A stretch of 64,000 nucleotides of DNA from positions 1,172-65,171 of the forward strand of contig JAFSYI010000028.1 of NCBI GenBank assembly GCA_017450065.1, in the 5' to 3' direction. This DNA comes from Lachnospiraceae bacterium (GTDB taxonomy: Bacteria; Bacillota; Clostridia; Lachnospirales; Lachnospiraceae). Numbering within the stretch: position 1 is the stretch's first letter; every line of letters begins with the position of its first letter. This document shows positions 27,978 to 37,840 of this stretch, in pieces. The position numbers were made by a program, and so were the translations under genes. The notes under the pieces are model-generated. The model saw nothing but the letters and a program-made list of their open reading frames with translations, was not told the origin of the DNA and did no database searches.

Positions 27978-28011
27978 AAGAAAACCCCGGAGGTCATTTA
28001 AATCTCCGGGG
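27978..28011 (-). terminator. Terminator after the RACo-like gene
   Basis: CCCCGGAG (27985-27992) pairs with CTCCGGGG (28004-28011), followed on the minus strand by TTTTCTTAT. Confidence 0.75.
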
Positions 28012-28030
28012 AATATCTGTCCTGCAGCCG

Positions 28031-29476
28031 TCAGAACTGCATATATTCATAATAAAGCTCAGAGAATTCCTTCTCTTCGCTCAGTCTGATCTCTTCACTT
28101 ATGGATATTATTTCCTCAATATCCGCATCGTTGAAGTTATTATCGCCGTATTTTATGGCTCCCGCCAATGATGTATTGCCTGCAGGCGTTACCTTTGATT
28201 CAAGCTCTCTCGGGATCAGTCCGATCTCAACGGCACTCTTTATATCAAGGCCGTGTCCCATCCCGCCTGATATATATACCTTGCCGATGTTCTTCATCGA
28301 TACTCCGTAGAGCCTCATAAGCAGCTCTATCCCTGCCCTTATGGCTGACTTGGCGATCTGTACATCCCTTATATCTCTCTGGGTAACCGTTACATATTTA
28401 TCGGTACCGGGAACCCGGTACTCATAACCGCTCTCAAAATATGCATCCTTTAATGCACCGTTCTCATCAAATATCCCGTTTCTCCTTAAGTCTGCCATGC
28501 ATCTGATGACATCGGTTGCGACATTAAGCTTCTTTCCCTCAAATGCCGGTCCCGCTGCTGCGGATGCGGTAAGGATATGCTCCCTGTTTCCAAGAGCGAT
28601 CTCTGCATTCGTACCAAGATCAATAAACAGATTTACCTTGTCTGTCTCGGTAAAATCACAATAATACAGTCCCGCAATTATGTCCCCTCCGATAAACGCG
28701 GAAAGATTGGGAAAGATCGTCCATGGTATTACCTTACCGGAATCCATCATGATGTTCTTCTTATGCCACCCAGTATAATACGGCCTGAATGGATAGTTGA
28801 CCATTTCTGCGACAGGATACTCCATAAGCAGGTGGATCATGGTGGTATTTCCTGTAATTATCACATTGGAAGGAGTCTCGGGAAGCTCATCTATGATACT
28901 GTTTATATCATCCATAAGACATTCGCTGAGCTGTTCCGAGTTACCCTTTATCGCTTCCTCGCACCTTGATACGATATCTGCCCCGTAACTGCACTGTGAA
29001 TTTATCCTTGTTCCGGTATATATTACCTCTCCGGCACGTATCATCTTAGCTGCGATCGTCGTGGTTCCGATATCTATCGCCACAAAGGATATATCCCCCA
29101 TACTGAAGGACATTGACAGCTCATCCGTACCTGTAAGGATAGGGGCTTCGCTCTCAAGCATGTCAAGGATCGTTACCCTGAGGTTCTCAACATCATCCGA
29201 CTTGGGTTTAACAAAGCACGCAAGCCTTGCACCCATGGCATTCTCCTCATCGGTAAGGAGATACATCTCCTCATATGCCGGTTCACTCATGTTTTCTTCA
29301 TCGAGCATGATACGACATTTCCCGCATGTATGCCTTCCGTTACAGAAAGCCCTTATCATAATGCCCTGCCGTCTGAGTGCCTCAAGAACCGTTTCATCTT
29401 TTTTGCAGTTGATAATATATTCTTTATCCATATGCCCTCTTGTCGCAAGTCTTCTGCAGCGAAACAGTTCATTCAC
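28031..29476 (-). CDS. 2Fe-2S ferredoxin domain fused to a DUF4445/ASKHA ATPase (RACo-like corrinoid reductive activase family)
   Basis: Plant-type 2Fe-2S motif CNGRHTCGKCRI...ACF, then an ASKHA-like DIGTTTIAA...DLGTNAEIA. An alternative start is MDKEY at 29431. Confidence 0.7.
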   Translation of the reverse strand: MNELFRCRRLATRGHMDKEYIINCKKDETVLEALRRQGIMIRAFCNGRHTCGKCRIMLDEENMSEPAYEEMYLLTDEENAMGARLACFVKPKSDDVENLRVTILDMLESEAPILTGTDELSMSFSMGDISFVAIDIGTTTIAAKMIRAGEVIYTGTRINSQCSYGADIVSRCEEAIKGNSEQLSECLMDDINSIIDELPETPSNVIITGNTTMIHLLMEYPVAEMVNYPFRPYYTGWHKKNIMMDSGKVIPWTIFPNLSAFIGGDIIAGLYYCDFTETDKVNLFIDLGTNAEIALGNREHILTASAAAGPAFEGKKLNVATDVIRCMADLRRNGIFDENGALKDAYFESGYEYRVPGTDKYVTVTQRDIRDVQIAKSAIRAGIELLMRLYGVSMKNIGKVYISGGMGHGLDIKSAVEIGLIPRELESKVTPAGNTSLAGAIKYGDNNFNDADIEEIISISEEIRLSEEKEFSELYYEYMQF

Positions 29477-29498
29477 TGATACCGTCTCATAACAGATT

Positions 29499-29609
29499 TC
29501 AGTCCTCTATATCATCTTCGGCTGCAACTGCCGATATTACAGATGTAACTGCGGACACCACCACCGCTACCACGATAACAATAAACACGATTCCAACAAA
29601 TAAGATCAT
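29499..29609 (-). CDS. Unannotated 36-aa hydrophobic micro-protein
   Basis: ATG at 29609 with GAGAGG 8 nt upstream, overlapping the stop codon of the upstream gene. Sequence is MILFVGIVFIVIVVAVVVSAVTSVISAVAAEDDIED: one TM helix plus an acidic tail. It is below the ORF-track size cutoff. Confidence 0.4.
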   Translation of the reverse strand: MILFVGIVFIVIVVAVVVSAVTSVISAVAAEDDIED

Positions 29610-29621
29610 AATCCCAACCTC

Positions 29622-30812
29622 TCAATCCGTAAAATTATCAAAATAACCCTGAATAAGTATGAACGGTGTTCCCTTGTCCCCGGATCCGCTGGTAAGATCG
29701 CAAAGAGAACCGATCAGATCCGTAAGCTGTCTGGGTGTAGTACCCTGAGAAGCCATATCACCCTTTAAATCCTTGTTCTTCTCTTTGATGCTTCTTGTTA
29801 TAGCGTCCTTTAACTCCTGACCCGACAGATGCTTAAAATCATTATCCGCAAGATATTTAAGCTTAAGCTCGTTGGGTGTTCCCACAAGGCCGTCCGTGTA
29901 AGCGGGCGAAACAACGGGATCCGCGAGTTCCCAGATCTTGCCCTTGGGATCCTTGAAGGCTCCGTCACCGTATACCATTACCTCAACATGCTTACCTGTA
30001 AGAGAAAGCATCTGCTTCTGTATATCTTCAACCAGACTCTGGCAGTCTCTTGGGAACAGCTTAACCTTATCCTCCGTGGATTTATTTGAACCCAAAAGGC
30101 CGTATTTCTCATTATATCCACTGTCACCGACAGGTGAGTTCAATATGTCGTCAAGTCCCAGAACCGTCTTTGCCCCGGCTTTCGCAAGTATCCTCTTCGT
30201 CCTTGCCCTGGAATGAATATCGCATGTTATTACGCAGTCGGTATAATCAAGTACCGTCTTTGCCTGATTGGCAAATACTATTTCAACATCCGCACCGGCT
30301 TCGCGTATGATATTTGAATAATAATCAACATAATCCACTCCGGTGAATTCGTGCTTGTTATCACCGAACAGCTCCCTGTATTTCTCAAGGCTTAATACGT
30401 CGCTGTACGGATTGATCCCCGCTTCATCCAGCTGGTCATAGGTAAGCAGCGCATTTCCCACCTCGTCACTGGGATAGCTTAACATCAGTATAACCTTGCG
30501 GCATCCCATTGCTATACCCTTAAGGCAGATGGCGAAACGGTTACGTGACAGTATCGGGAATATAACTCCGACTGTACCTCCGCCCGTTTTCTTCCTGACA
30601 TCATCTGCTATATCTGCAACAGTGGCATAATTACCCTGGGCTCTTGCCACGATGGATTCGGTAAGAGCTATAATATCCCTGTCCCTTATCTTGATATTCT
30701 CACTTGCGGCCGCATCCATGATACAGCTTACCGCTATATCAACAAGATCGTCTCCCTGACGTATTATCGGCCCCCTGATTCCTCTTGATACTGTTCCTAT
30801 TAATCGTTCCAT
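29622..30812 (-). CDS. F420-0:gamma-glutamyl ligase-like (CofE/PF01996-like) family protein, long form
   Basis: N-terminus GPIIRQGDDLVDIA...DIIALTESIVARAQG resembles the CofE fold. Start is the ATG at 30812, after AAGAAGGTG. Recognised from memory only. Confidence 0.5.
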   Translation of the reverse strand: MERLIGTVSRGIRGPIIRQGDDLVDIAVSCIMDAAASENIKIRDRDIIALTESIVARAQGNYATVADIADDVRKKTGGGTVGVIFPILSRNRFAICLKGIAMGCRKVILMLSYPSDEVGNALLTYDQLDEAGINPYSDVLSLEKYRELFGDNKHEFTGVDYVDYYSNIIREAGADVEIVFANQAKTVLDYTDCVITCDIHSRARTKRILAKAGAKTVLGLDDILNSPVGDSGYNEKYGLLGSNKSTEDKVKLFPRDCQSLVEDIQKQMLSLTGKHVEVMVYGDGAFKDPKGKIWELADPVVSPAYTDGLVGTPNELKLKYLADNDFKHLSGQELKDAITRSIKEKNKDLKGDMASQGTTPRQLTDLIGSLCDLTSGSGDKGTPFILIQGYFDNFTD

Positions 30813-30934
30813 AACAACACCTTCTTTTCGCATATCCTAAGAGTCAATACCCTGTACCCCCACGGATTAAAGTCCGCTATTACGATTATACAATATACCT
30901 TATAATATTTACAATAGAGTAGTATAATAATCCT

Positions 30935-30977
30935 CAAAAAATGCGGCAGCCTGATATGAGCTGCCGCACGATTTTTT
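30935..30977 (-). terminator. Terminator after metK (bidirectional shape)
   Basis: TGCGGCAGC (30942-30950) pairs with GCTGCCGCA (30960-30968). A6 and T6 runs flank it. Confidence 0.8.
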
Positions 30978-30999
30978 AATTCTGCCGGTAAACGCAGGA

Positions 31000-32181
31000 T
31001 TATAAGTACTTCTTCAGGTCATCAACCTTGTTAAGGGCTTCCCATGGAAGATCAAGGTCATTACGTCCGAAATGTCCGTATGCCGCTGTCTGCTTATAGA
31101 TGGGACGGCGAAGATCAAGCATCTTTATTATACCTGCAGGACGAAGATCGAAGTTCTCACGTACTATCTTAACAAGCTCATCGTCAGATACCTTACCTGT
31201 TCCGAAGGTGTCTATCATGATGGAAGTAGGCTGCGCAACGCCGATAGCATAAGAAAGCTGGATCTCACATTTGTCGGCAAGCCCTGCCGCTACTATATTC
31301 TTGGCAACATATCTTGCAGCATATGCAGCCGAACGGTCAACCTTGGTGCAATCCTTACCGGAGAATGCCCCGCCGCCGTGACGGGCATATCCGCCGTAGG
31401 TATCAACTATTATCTTACGTCCGGTAAGTCCGGCGTCTCCGTGAGGCCCTCCTATGACGAAGCGTCCCGTGGGATTTATAAAAAACTTGGTATTGTCATC
31501 AATGAGCTCTGCGGGAAGCACGGGATCGAAAACATATTTCTTAATATCCTTATGTATCTGTTCCTGGGTAACGTCATCATCATGCTGGGTAGACAGTACG
31601 ACAGCTTCCAGCCTTAAAGGCTTGCCGTTCTCATCATATTCAACCGATACCTGACTCTTTCCGTCCGGTCTTAAATACTTAAGTGTCCCGTCCTTACGAA
31701 CCTCTGTGAGCTTCTTGGCAAGCTTGTGGGCAAGTGAGATCGGATAGGGCATATACTCTTCCGTCTCATTGGTCGCATAACCGAACATCATTCCCTGATC
31801 GCCCGCTCCCGTATCAAGATCATCGGTAAGCTTTCCTTCCTTTGCTTCAAGCGCCTTGTCAACGCCCATAGCGATATCGTCCGACTGCTCGTCAATTGCT
31901 ACGAGAACCGCACAGGTATTGCCGTCAAAGCCGTATTCCGACTTGGTATAGCCTATCTCCTTTACAGTATCGCGGACTATCTTCTGCATGTCTACATAAG
32001 CCTTGGTCGTTATCTCACCCGTGATCAGCACAAAGCCTGTACAGCAGGCCGATTCACATGCAACGCGGCTCATCGGATCCTGCTCCATGCATGCATCAAG
32101 TATCGCATCCGAAATAGCGTCGCAGACCTTGTCCGGATGTCCTTCCGTCACAGATTCGGAAGTAAATAAGTATTTTTCCAT
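31000..32181 (-). CDS. metK: S-adenosylmethionine synthetase
   Basis: [25 protein letters not shown] and GGGAFSGKD are canonical MetK motifs. Confidence 0.95.
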   Translation of the reverse strand: MEKYLFTSESVTEGHPDKVCDAISDAILDACMEQDPMSRVACESACCTGFVLITGEITTKAYVDMQKIVRDTVKEIGYTKSEYGFDGNTCAVLVAIDEQSDDIAMGVDKALEAKEGKLTDDLDTGAGDQGMMFGYATNETEEYMPYPISLAHKLAKKLTEVRKDGTLKYLRPDGKSQVSVEYDENGKPLRLEAVVLSTQHDDDVTQEQIHKDIKKYVFDPVLPAELIDDNTKFFINPTGRFVIGGPHGDAGLTGRKIIVDTYGGYARHGGGAFSGKDCTKVDRSAAYAARYVAKNIVAAGLADKCEIQLSYAIGVAQPTSIMIDTFGTGKVSDDELVKIVRENFDLRPAGIIKMLDLRRPIYKQTAAYGHFGRNDLDLPWEALNKVDDLKKYL

Positions 32182-32220
32182 ATTATCTCCTTTCTTTAGT
32201 TAAAACGAAGTTTAATTAAA

Positions 32221-32372
32221 TCAAAAAATCCGCTTATATAAGCGGATCCGTTACTCTATGATAATCAAATCCTCTTATTGCTCGATTACTCGCTCAGGTT
32301 GGCACCTTCCTTACGGGGTTGCCGTGGCTTCACAGATCCTATGTATCTCCACCACTCTGAATAAGAGATTTT
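32221..32372 (-). promoter_or_regulatory. SAM-I (S-box) riboswitch with terminator expression platform
   Basis: The minus strand reads CTCTTATTCAGAGTGGTGGAGATAC...GATCTGTGAAGCCACGGCAACC...GGTGCCAACCTGAGC...AATAAGAGG. A hairpin ATCCGCTTATATAAGCGGAT plus T6 follows (32222-32247). It lies directly upstream of metK. Confidence 0.85.
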
Positions 32373-32536
32373 CTTACAATATTCAATTTGTTATCATAGC
32401 TTAGACTAACATCTTTATATAGCAAAGTCAAGGTGTTTTTCGTTGACTTTTCCCGGGAATATTTTTATACTTATTTTGAGCAGTTATGCAGTTTGATCTG
32501 CAATACTTAATACAGTAACTCCAAACAGGTGATCCA

Positions 32537-33619
32537 ATGAGAAGAATAAGAACCTCGGATCTGGTTCCGGGAATGACTACCGCTGAGGATGTCTATTCCT
32601 ACAATAACCAGCTGGTCGTCCCCAACAACACAGTGCTTACAGACAAGATGATCACCCGTCTTGAGTTCTATTCCGTTCTGGCCGTAAGGGTGAAGGACGA
32701 AGAGGTTAAGCATACGGATGAGATCTCTCCCTTTGACCTGCCTTCTTATTCGGAGAGGATCAAGGCAAGCAAGGAGTTCAAGGAATTCGAAAGGACCTTT
32801 ATCGCGACCACCGAGAATTTCAAACAGAATTTAAGATCCATAGTCGATGAAAGAGCTCCCATAAATACCGAGGAGCTGTTTGACCACATATCCAGTCTTA
32901 TGACTGCACAGTCAAGTACGATCTCCATCTTCGACATGCTGCATAATATGCGGCAGTATGATGACATGACCTATGCACATTCAATTAATGTAGGCCTTAT
33001 CTGCAATGTTTTTGCCAAATGGCTTAAGCTCCCGCCTTCAGAAGTGGAGAAGCTGACTCTGTGCGGGCTTATGCATGATATCGGAAAGCTGGTCGTGCCC
33101 GATAAGATAATAAGAAAACCGGATAAGCTGACACCCAACGAGTATAATATAATCAAGACACATACTCTTCAGGGGTATAAAATACTCAAAGAATACGAGA
33201 ACATTAATGACGATGTCAAGGAAGCCGCTCTGATGCATCATGAAAGATGCGACGGAACCGGATATCCGCTGGGGCTTACCGGGGATAAGATAAACAAATA
33301 TGCCAAGATCGTTGCGATAGCAGATGTATATGATGCCATGACTGCAGCGAGGGTATACCGCGGACCCCTGTGTCCGTTCAAGGTTATAGGCATATTCGAA
33401 TCGGAAGGACTGAATAAATACGACAGTCATTTCATACTTATCTTCCTTGAGCACATAGCAAGTACATATATCAAAAATCGTGTGCGATTAAGCAACGGAA
33501 TGGAGGGTGAAGTGGTGTTCATGAACAAGACTGCCCTTTCCCGTCCGATGATCCAGTGCAGAAACCGTTTTGTCGATCTGAGTAAGGAAACTGATATTTA
33601 CATAGAAACCTTCGTATAA
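32537..33619 (+). CDS. HD-GYP domain protein (c-di-GMP phosphodiesterase family)
   Basis: HDIGKLVVPDKIIRKP..., HHERCDGTGYPLGL and ADVYDAMT. Confidence 0.85.
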   Translation: MRRIRTSDLVPGMTTAEDVYSYNNQLVVPNNTVLTDKMITRLEFYSVLAVRVKDEEVKHTDEISPFDLPSYSERIKASKEFKEFERTFIATTENFKQNLRSIVDERAPINTEELFDHISSLMTAQSSTISIFDMLHNMRQYDDMTYAHSINVGLICNVFAKWLKLPPSEVEKLTLCGLMHDIGKLVVPDKIIRKPDKLTPNEYNIIKTHTLQGYKILKEYENINDDVKEAALMHHERCDGTGYPLGLTGDKINKYAKIVAIADVYDAMTAARVYRGPLCPFKVIGIFESEGLNKYDSHFILIFLEHIASTYIKNRVRLSNGMEGEVVFMNKTALSRPMIQCRNRFVDLSKETDIYIETFV

Positions 33620-33620
33620 T

Positions 33621-33662
33621 AAGTAAAACCGCAGGAGCATATTCCTGCGGTTTTACTTATTT
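33621..33662. terminator. Bidirectional terminator between the HD-GYP gene and murA
   Basis: 16-bp stem AAGTAAAACCGCAGGA (33621-33636) pairs with TCCTGCGGTTTTACTT (33643-33658). Confidence 0.8.
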
Positions 33663-33676
33663 ATACCTGACGATCC

Positions 33677-34969
33677 TCAACCCGTCTTCAGCCTGAACTT
33701 CTGTATTTCCCTGTCTGTGTTTACCTTCTCTATCTGGGCTCCAAGACTCCTCAGCTTTTCCGGAAAATCCTCATAACCCCTTTCAATATAGAAGATGTCA
33801 TCAACCGTTGACACACCGTCTGCGGCCAGAGCCGCCATAACGAGCGCTGCACCCGCACGCAGATCAGGTGCCGTTATCGGCGCACCCGACAGTCTGCTTA
33901 CACCCTCTACTATTGCCGTATTACCTTCAACCTTTATATTTGCTCCCATTTTAAGGAGCTCATCAACATATTTAAATCTGTTTTCAAAAATGCTTTCCGT
34001 TACCACACAGGTACCGTCGGATACCGACAGAGCCGTTGCTATCTGCGGCTGCATATCCGTGGGAAATCCCGGATATGGAAGAGTCTTTACATGTGTATGT
34101 TTTAAGGTTTTTGATGCCACTATCCTTAACTGGTCATCAAATTCCTCTACTTCGCAGCCCATCTCTATAAGCTTGGCCGTTATTGATTCAAGGTGCTTGG
34201 GTATAACATTTTTGATCGTTATATCACCCTTGGTTATCGCTGCCGCGAACATAAAGGTTCCTGCCTCTATCTGATCCGGTATTATGGAATATGTGGTTCC
34301 GTGAAGCTTCTCAACGCCTCTTATCCTTATAACATCTGTACCGGCACCCTTAATATTGGCACCCATACTGTTAAGGAAGTTCGCCACATCTACGACATGA
34401 GGTTCCTTGGCCGCATTCTCGATAATGGTCTTTCCCTCTGCAAGGGCTGCAGCCATCATGATGTTTATCGTGGCACCGACCGTTACTACATCCAGATATA
34501 TATGATTTCCGACAAGACGGTCAGCCGATGCACTTACAAGACCTCTTGCTATCCTCACATCAGCTCCCAGAGCCTTGAATCCTTTGGTATGCTGGTCTAT
34601 GGGACGACTTCCTATATTACATCCGCCGGGAAGCGCCACTTCCGCATCCTTGTACTTTCCGAGCAGGGCACCAAGCATATAGTAACCTGCACGTATCTTC
34701 TTAATATAGGAATCATCAATAGTATGATCCGTTATCATGGAAGCATTGATCTTAACAGTATGTCTGTCCAGATGCTCAACGATAACGCCGATGCTTTCCA
34801 TCGCTTTAATAAGTACTTTGGTATCCCTTACATCGGGGAGATTCTCGATAATGACGGTTTCATCTGTCATTACGGCCGTAGCCAGTATTGCCAGTGCCGC
34901 ATTCTTTGCTCCGCCTATCTCTACCTCACCTACCAGGGGATTACCGCCCCTTACAACGTATTGTTCCAC
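33677..34969 (-). CDS. murA: UDP-N-acetylglucosamine 1-carboxyvinyltransferase
   Basis: VRGGNPLVGEVEIGGAKNAAL, GGCNIGSRPID (active-site Cys) and PGFPTDMQ. GTG start lies after AGGGGA. Confidence 0.95.
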   Translation of the reverse strand: MEQYVVRGGNPLVGEVEIGGAKNAALAILATAVMTDETVIIENLPDVRDTKVLIKAMESIGVIVEHLDRHTVKINASMITDHTIDDSYIKKIRAGYYMLGALLGKYKDAEVALPGGCNIGSRPIDQHTKGFKALGADVRIARGLVSASADRLVGNHIYLDVVTVGATINIMMAAALAEGKTIIENAAKEPHVVDVANFLNSMGANIKGAGTDVIRIRGVEKLHGTTYSIIPDQIEAGTFMFAAAITKGDITIKNVIPKHLESITAKLIEMGCEVEEFDDQLRIVASKTLKHTHVKTLPYPGFPTDMQPQIATALSVSDGTCVVTESIFENRFKYVDELLKMGANIKVEGNTAIVEGVSRLSGAPITAPDLRAGAALVMAALAADGVSTVDDIFYIERGYEDFPEKLRSLGAQIEKVNTDREIQKFRLKTG

Positions 34970-35158
34970 TGTTTTCCCCTAACCGCTCATCCGTTAGCTA
35001 TTAAAATCAATTAATTATTTTACTCTATTTATCCCTTATTGTAAATGCGAACAGACTTTCTGTTAATTGTTACAGAATTATTACTTCAATGTCTTTTTAA
35101 TATTCTACACCTCTTACAAACCAAACCGTTATCATGAGAAAAACTGTAGGCATATCTG

Positions 35159-36721
35159 TCAATTAAGATACTTCATCGGATTAACCTGGACACCGTTAAC
35201 AAGTATCTCGAAATGGATATGCGGCCCTGTACTTACACCTGTATTTCCCGACAGCGCGATCTTCTGCCCCTGTTTAACCGTCTGTCCCGTCTTACATAAT
35301 ATCTTGCTCAGATGTCCGTATCTTGTCTGTCTACCATCCGGATGCTGGATCATAACAACATAACCATATCCACTTCCCCATCCCGCTCTTATAACAGTTC
35401 CGCCTGAGGATGCACAGACAGCCGTACCTACGGGAGTTGCCCAGTCTATGCCCTTATGATAGGTGGATGCACCCCTCTTTGGTGCCTTCCTCCTTCCGAA
35501 ACCGGAAGTCAGACGTCCGCCTGATATAGGCTTAAGATAAGTGGGCAGCGGCTTGGTACCCCTTTCAACAACCTTGGCGACAGCGTCCACCACTACATCT
35601 TCATATATGATCTCTCTTGATTCCTCGGCATCATTCCGGTATGTGACATCCGCCACAACCTTTCTGAAGCCCTCAACAGGCTCGGTGAGCACCCTGCTCT
35701 CATTCGTGAACCACTGGTCATTATCTATGTATTCAATCGGTTTATTGTAATTCTCCTCATAATACACTTCCTCGGTACGTATGACAGACAGCTCAGGCTC
35801 CGGGGAATTAACCCTGATCTCATCACCCACCCTTATCGTTGCATTGATATTAGGCAGCGTTTCCGTATTAAGAGCCAGTATGTCATCAACGGACATATGG
35901 TTCTTCTGGGCTATAACAGACAGTGAATCTCCCGCAACGACCTCATAGATCTTGCTCTTTTCCTGCTCCTTCGTTACCAGATCAACGGCTTCTTCAAGCG
36001 TACTTATCCTTGAAGGGTCTGCATATGTCTTTACAACCTCAACATTTTCCCCGAAATCAAGGCTCTTTACGCCAAAATGGAACTCAGATACATCCTGTCT
36101 GAGCGCTTCTTTGAAGAATTTGTCTACCTTGGCCGACGCACCCGCAATCGGAAGCAGAACATCTTCCTCCGCTTCTTCTTCACCCGATCTTGTGACCAGG
36201 GCTGTGAGCACATTCAGCTCTCTTGTCGGATCCAGTACCAGATCAACATTATAATCACCGTTCTCATCGTACTGACTCTTGGCCCTGATAAGCAGATTAA
36301 GTACCTCTCCCGCAGTACGGAGATTAACGGTAAACTGGTTTATTTTAACCTCATATACCGGTTCTTTTGTCTTAAAAACATTATTGCTGAAAACATTATA
36401 TATGTTCGTGATAACGGTCTCTTCATCATCCGGCTTCGTGAATACGTCTGTCCGTGCATTGGTTCTTATATCACAGTTTATAAGAACCAGCTCATCAGAC
36501 TGTGAAGCAAGCCTTCTCCTGGCTTCACGTATCATGCCTTCCACATCTGCAGTATCCGAAACCACCCCCACGGCGTTGCCGTTTACAAAGATGGTTATCT
36601 GGCTTCCTGCATCCGTCACCTTACCGACCGTTCCGAAATCGACCACAAATGCCAGTATCCCCATTACCAGCATGGTGATGACATGCTTATATTTGATTAT
36701 CCTTATTAATTGTCTCCCCAT
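35159..36721 (-). CDS. LysM plus M23 family peptidoglycan metalloendopeptidase
   Basis: N-terminal TM helix. LysM domain: YEVVAGDSLSVIAQKNHMSVDDILALN. M23 motifs: HKGIDWA, YGHLS and GPHIHFE. Confidence 0.85.
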   Translation of the reverse strand: MGRQLIRIIKYKHVITMLVMGILAFVVDFGTVGKVTDAGSQITIFVNGNAVGVVSDTADVEGMIREARRRLASQSDELVLINCDIRTNARTDVFTKPDDEETVITNIYNVFSNNVFKTKEPVYEVKINQFTVNLRTAGEVLNLLIRAKSQYDENGDYNVDLVLDPTRELNVLTALVTRSGEEEAEEDVLLPIAGASAKVDKFFKEALRQDVSEFHFGVKSLDFGENVEVVKTYADPSRISTLEEAVDLVTKEQEKSKIYEVVAGDSLSVIAQKNHMSVDDILALNTETLPNINATIRVGDEIRVNSPEPELSVIRTEEVYYEENYNKPIEYIDNDQWFTNESRVLTEPVEGFRKVVADVTYRNDAEESREIIYEDVVVDAVAKVVERGTKPLPTYLKPISGGRLTSGFGRRKAPKRGASTYHKGIDWATPVGTAVCASSGGTVIRAGWGSGYGYVVMIQHPDGRQTRYGHLSKILCKTGQTVKQGQKIALSGNTGVSTGPHIHFEILVNGVQVNPMKYLN

Positions 36722-36742
36722 ATTTAAAACTATTTCTACTTA

Positions 36743-37540
36743 TCATATGATCCTTAAATACCAGCACAGCATAAATGCAAGATCCGCAACACCGAACACA
36801 AGTGCCGCGATAACAAGTCCCTTAAGTCTTGAGAATTCCTTATTTATCCTGCCAAAGGTCTGGGCATCCTGCTCTGCCAGCGCATTCTGCACATTCCTGT
36901 AGCATTTCACGTTTTCCTTATGAACATGATCCTCAAGATCTATAAATGCCTTTTCGGCAGTCGCCTTATCGAAGGTATTATCCTCTTTTTCCTGCTCTGC
37001 CTCTGCATTCTTCTCTATTATCTCTTCCTTAATAAGTGTGACTATTTCGGCATTTCCTGCTTCAAGCTTTTCTCTTATCATCGAGATTACTTCCGTATTG
37101 TCGAGCACCTTCTTAAGAATATCCGTATTGGATAATACAGCCTTTAATATCTCTTCCTTGTTTTCCTCTGACAGACTCTTTATATCAATCCTTTCCTCGC
37201 TGTCCATATCTGTCTTTATATCATTCAGAAGGCGGTAGTTCTTATTAAGAAGCTTGGAATTACCGTCAACTGCGCGGAGTATTTCCTTATCGGCCGAATC
37301 TCTCTCGATACGGGCATCGTAGAACATATCCTGGATTGATTCAAGCTGCTCTTCATTGCTGTTTATCACCAAATCCTTAATCTGCTCGGGAGTCACGGAA
37401 TTCTGCATCATTCTCCTGCGCTCGTAATCTCTTTCCCTCTCTGCTCTTAACCTGTCCTGATTCTCCCTTGAAGCCTGGTTCCTGTTTAAATTAAGATTCT
37501 TCTCAAATCTGCTTGCTATCCTGCTGATACTGCTTTCCAT
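36743..37540 (-). CDS. Hypothetical coiled-coil protein with a C-terminal TM anchor
   Basis: ATG at 37540 lies after GGGAGAGGA. The body is charged and helical; the C-terminus is LVIAALVFGVADLAFMLCWYL. Confidence 0.5.
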   Translation of the reverse strand: MESSISRIASRFEKNLNLNRNQASRENQDRLRAERERDYERRRMMQNSVTPEQIKDLVINSNEEQLESIQDMFYDARIERDSADKEILRAVDGNSKLLNKNYRLLNDIKTDMDSEERIDIKSLSEENKEEILKAVLSNTDILKKVLDNTEVISMIREKLEAGNAEIVTLIKEEIIEKNAEAEQEKEDNTFDKATAEKAFIDLEDHVHKENVKCYRNVQNALAEQDAQTFGRINKEFSRLKGLVIAALVFGVADLAFMLCWYLRII

Positions 37541-37840
37541 AATAATCCTCTCCCTGTTACATCCCTGACAAATTCTTACTATCCCTTCCAAAGCACATAG
37601 ATATATAGATATTATCATCTTTAAATGAGAAAAACAAGGATTTCTGTTTTTGGTAAAATCTTATATAAAAGTTCCTTTGTTTTATTCATTTTTGTGCGTT
37701 TTAACTATCTGTTAAAAATTCGTTCATTATTTGTTCATAAAATATTGCTAATATTTTACTTGAGCAGAAGAGAGAAGAAGAGAAAAGTTGATAGATTTTT
37801 TCATAATATTGCCCAGGTGATTCTCATCCACCTGGGCACT

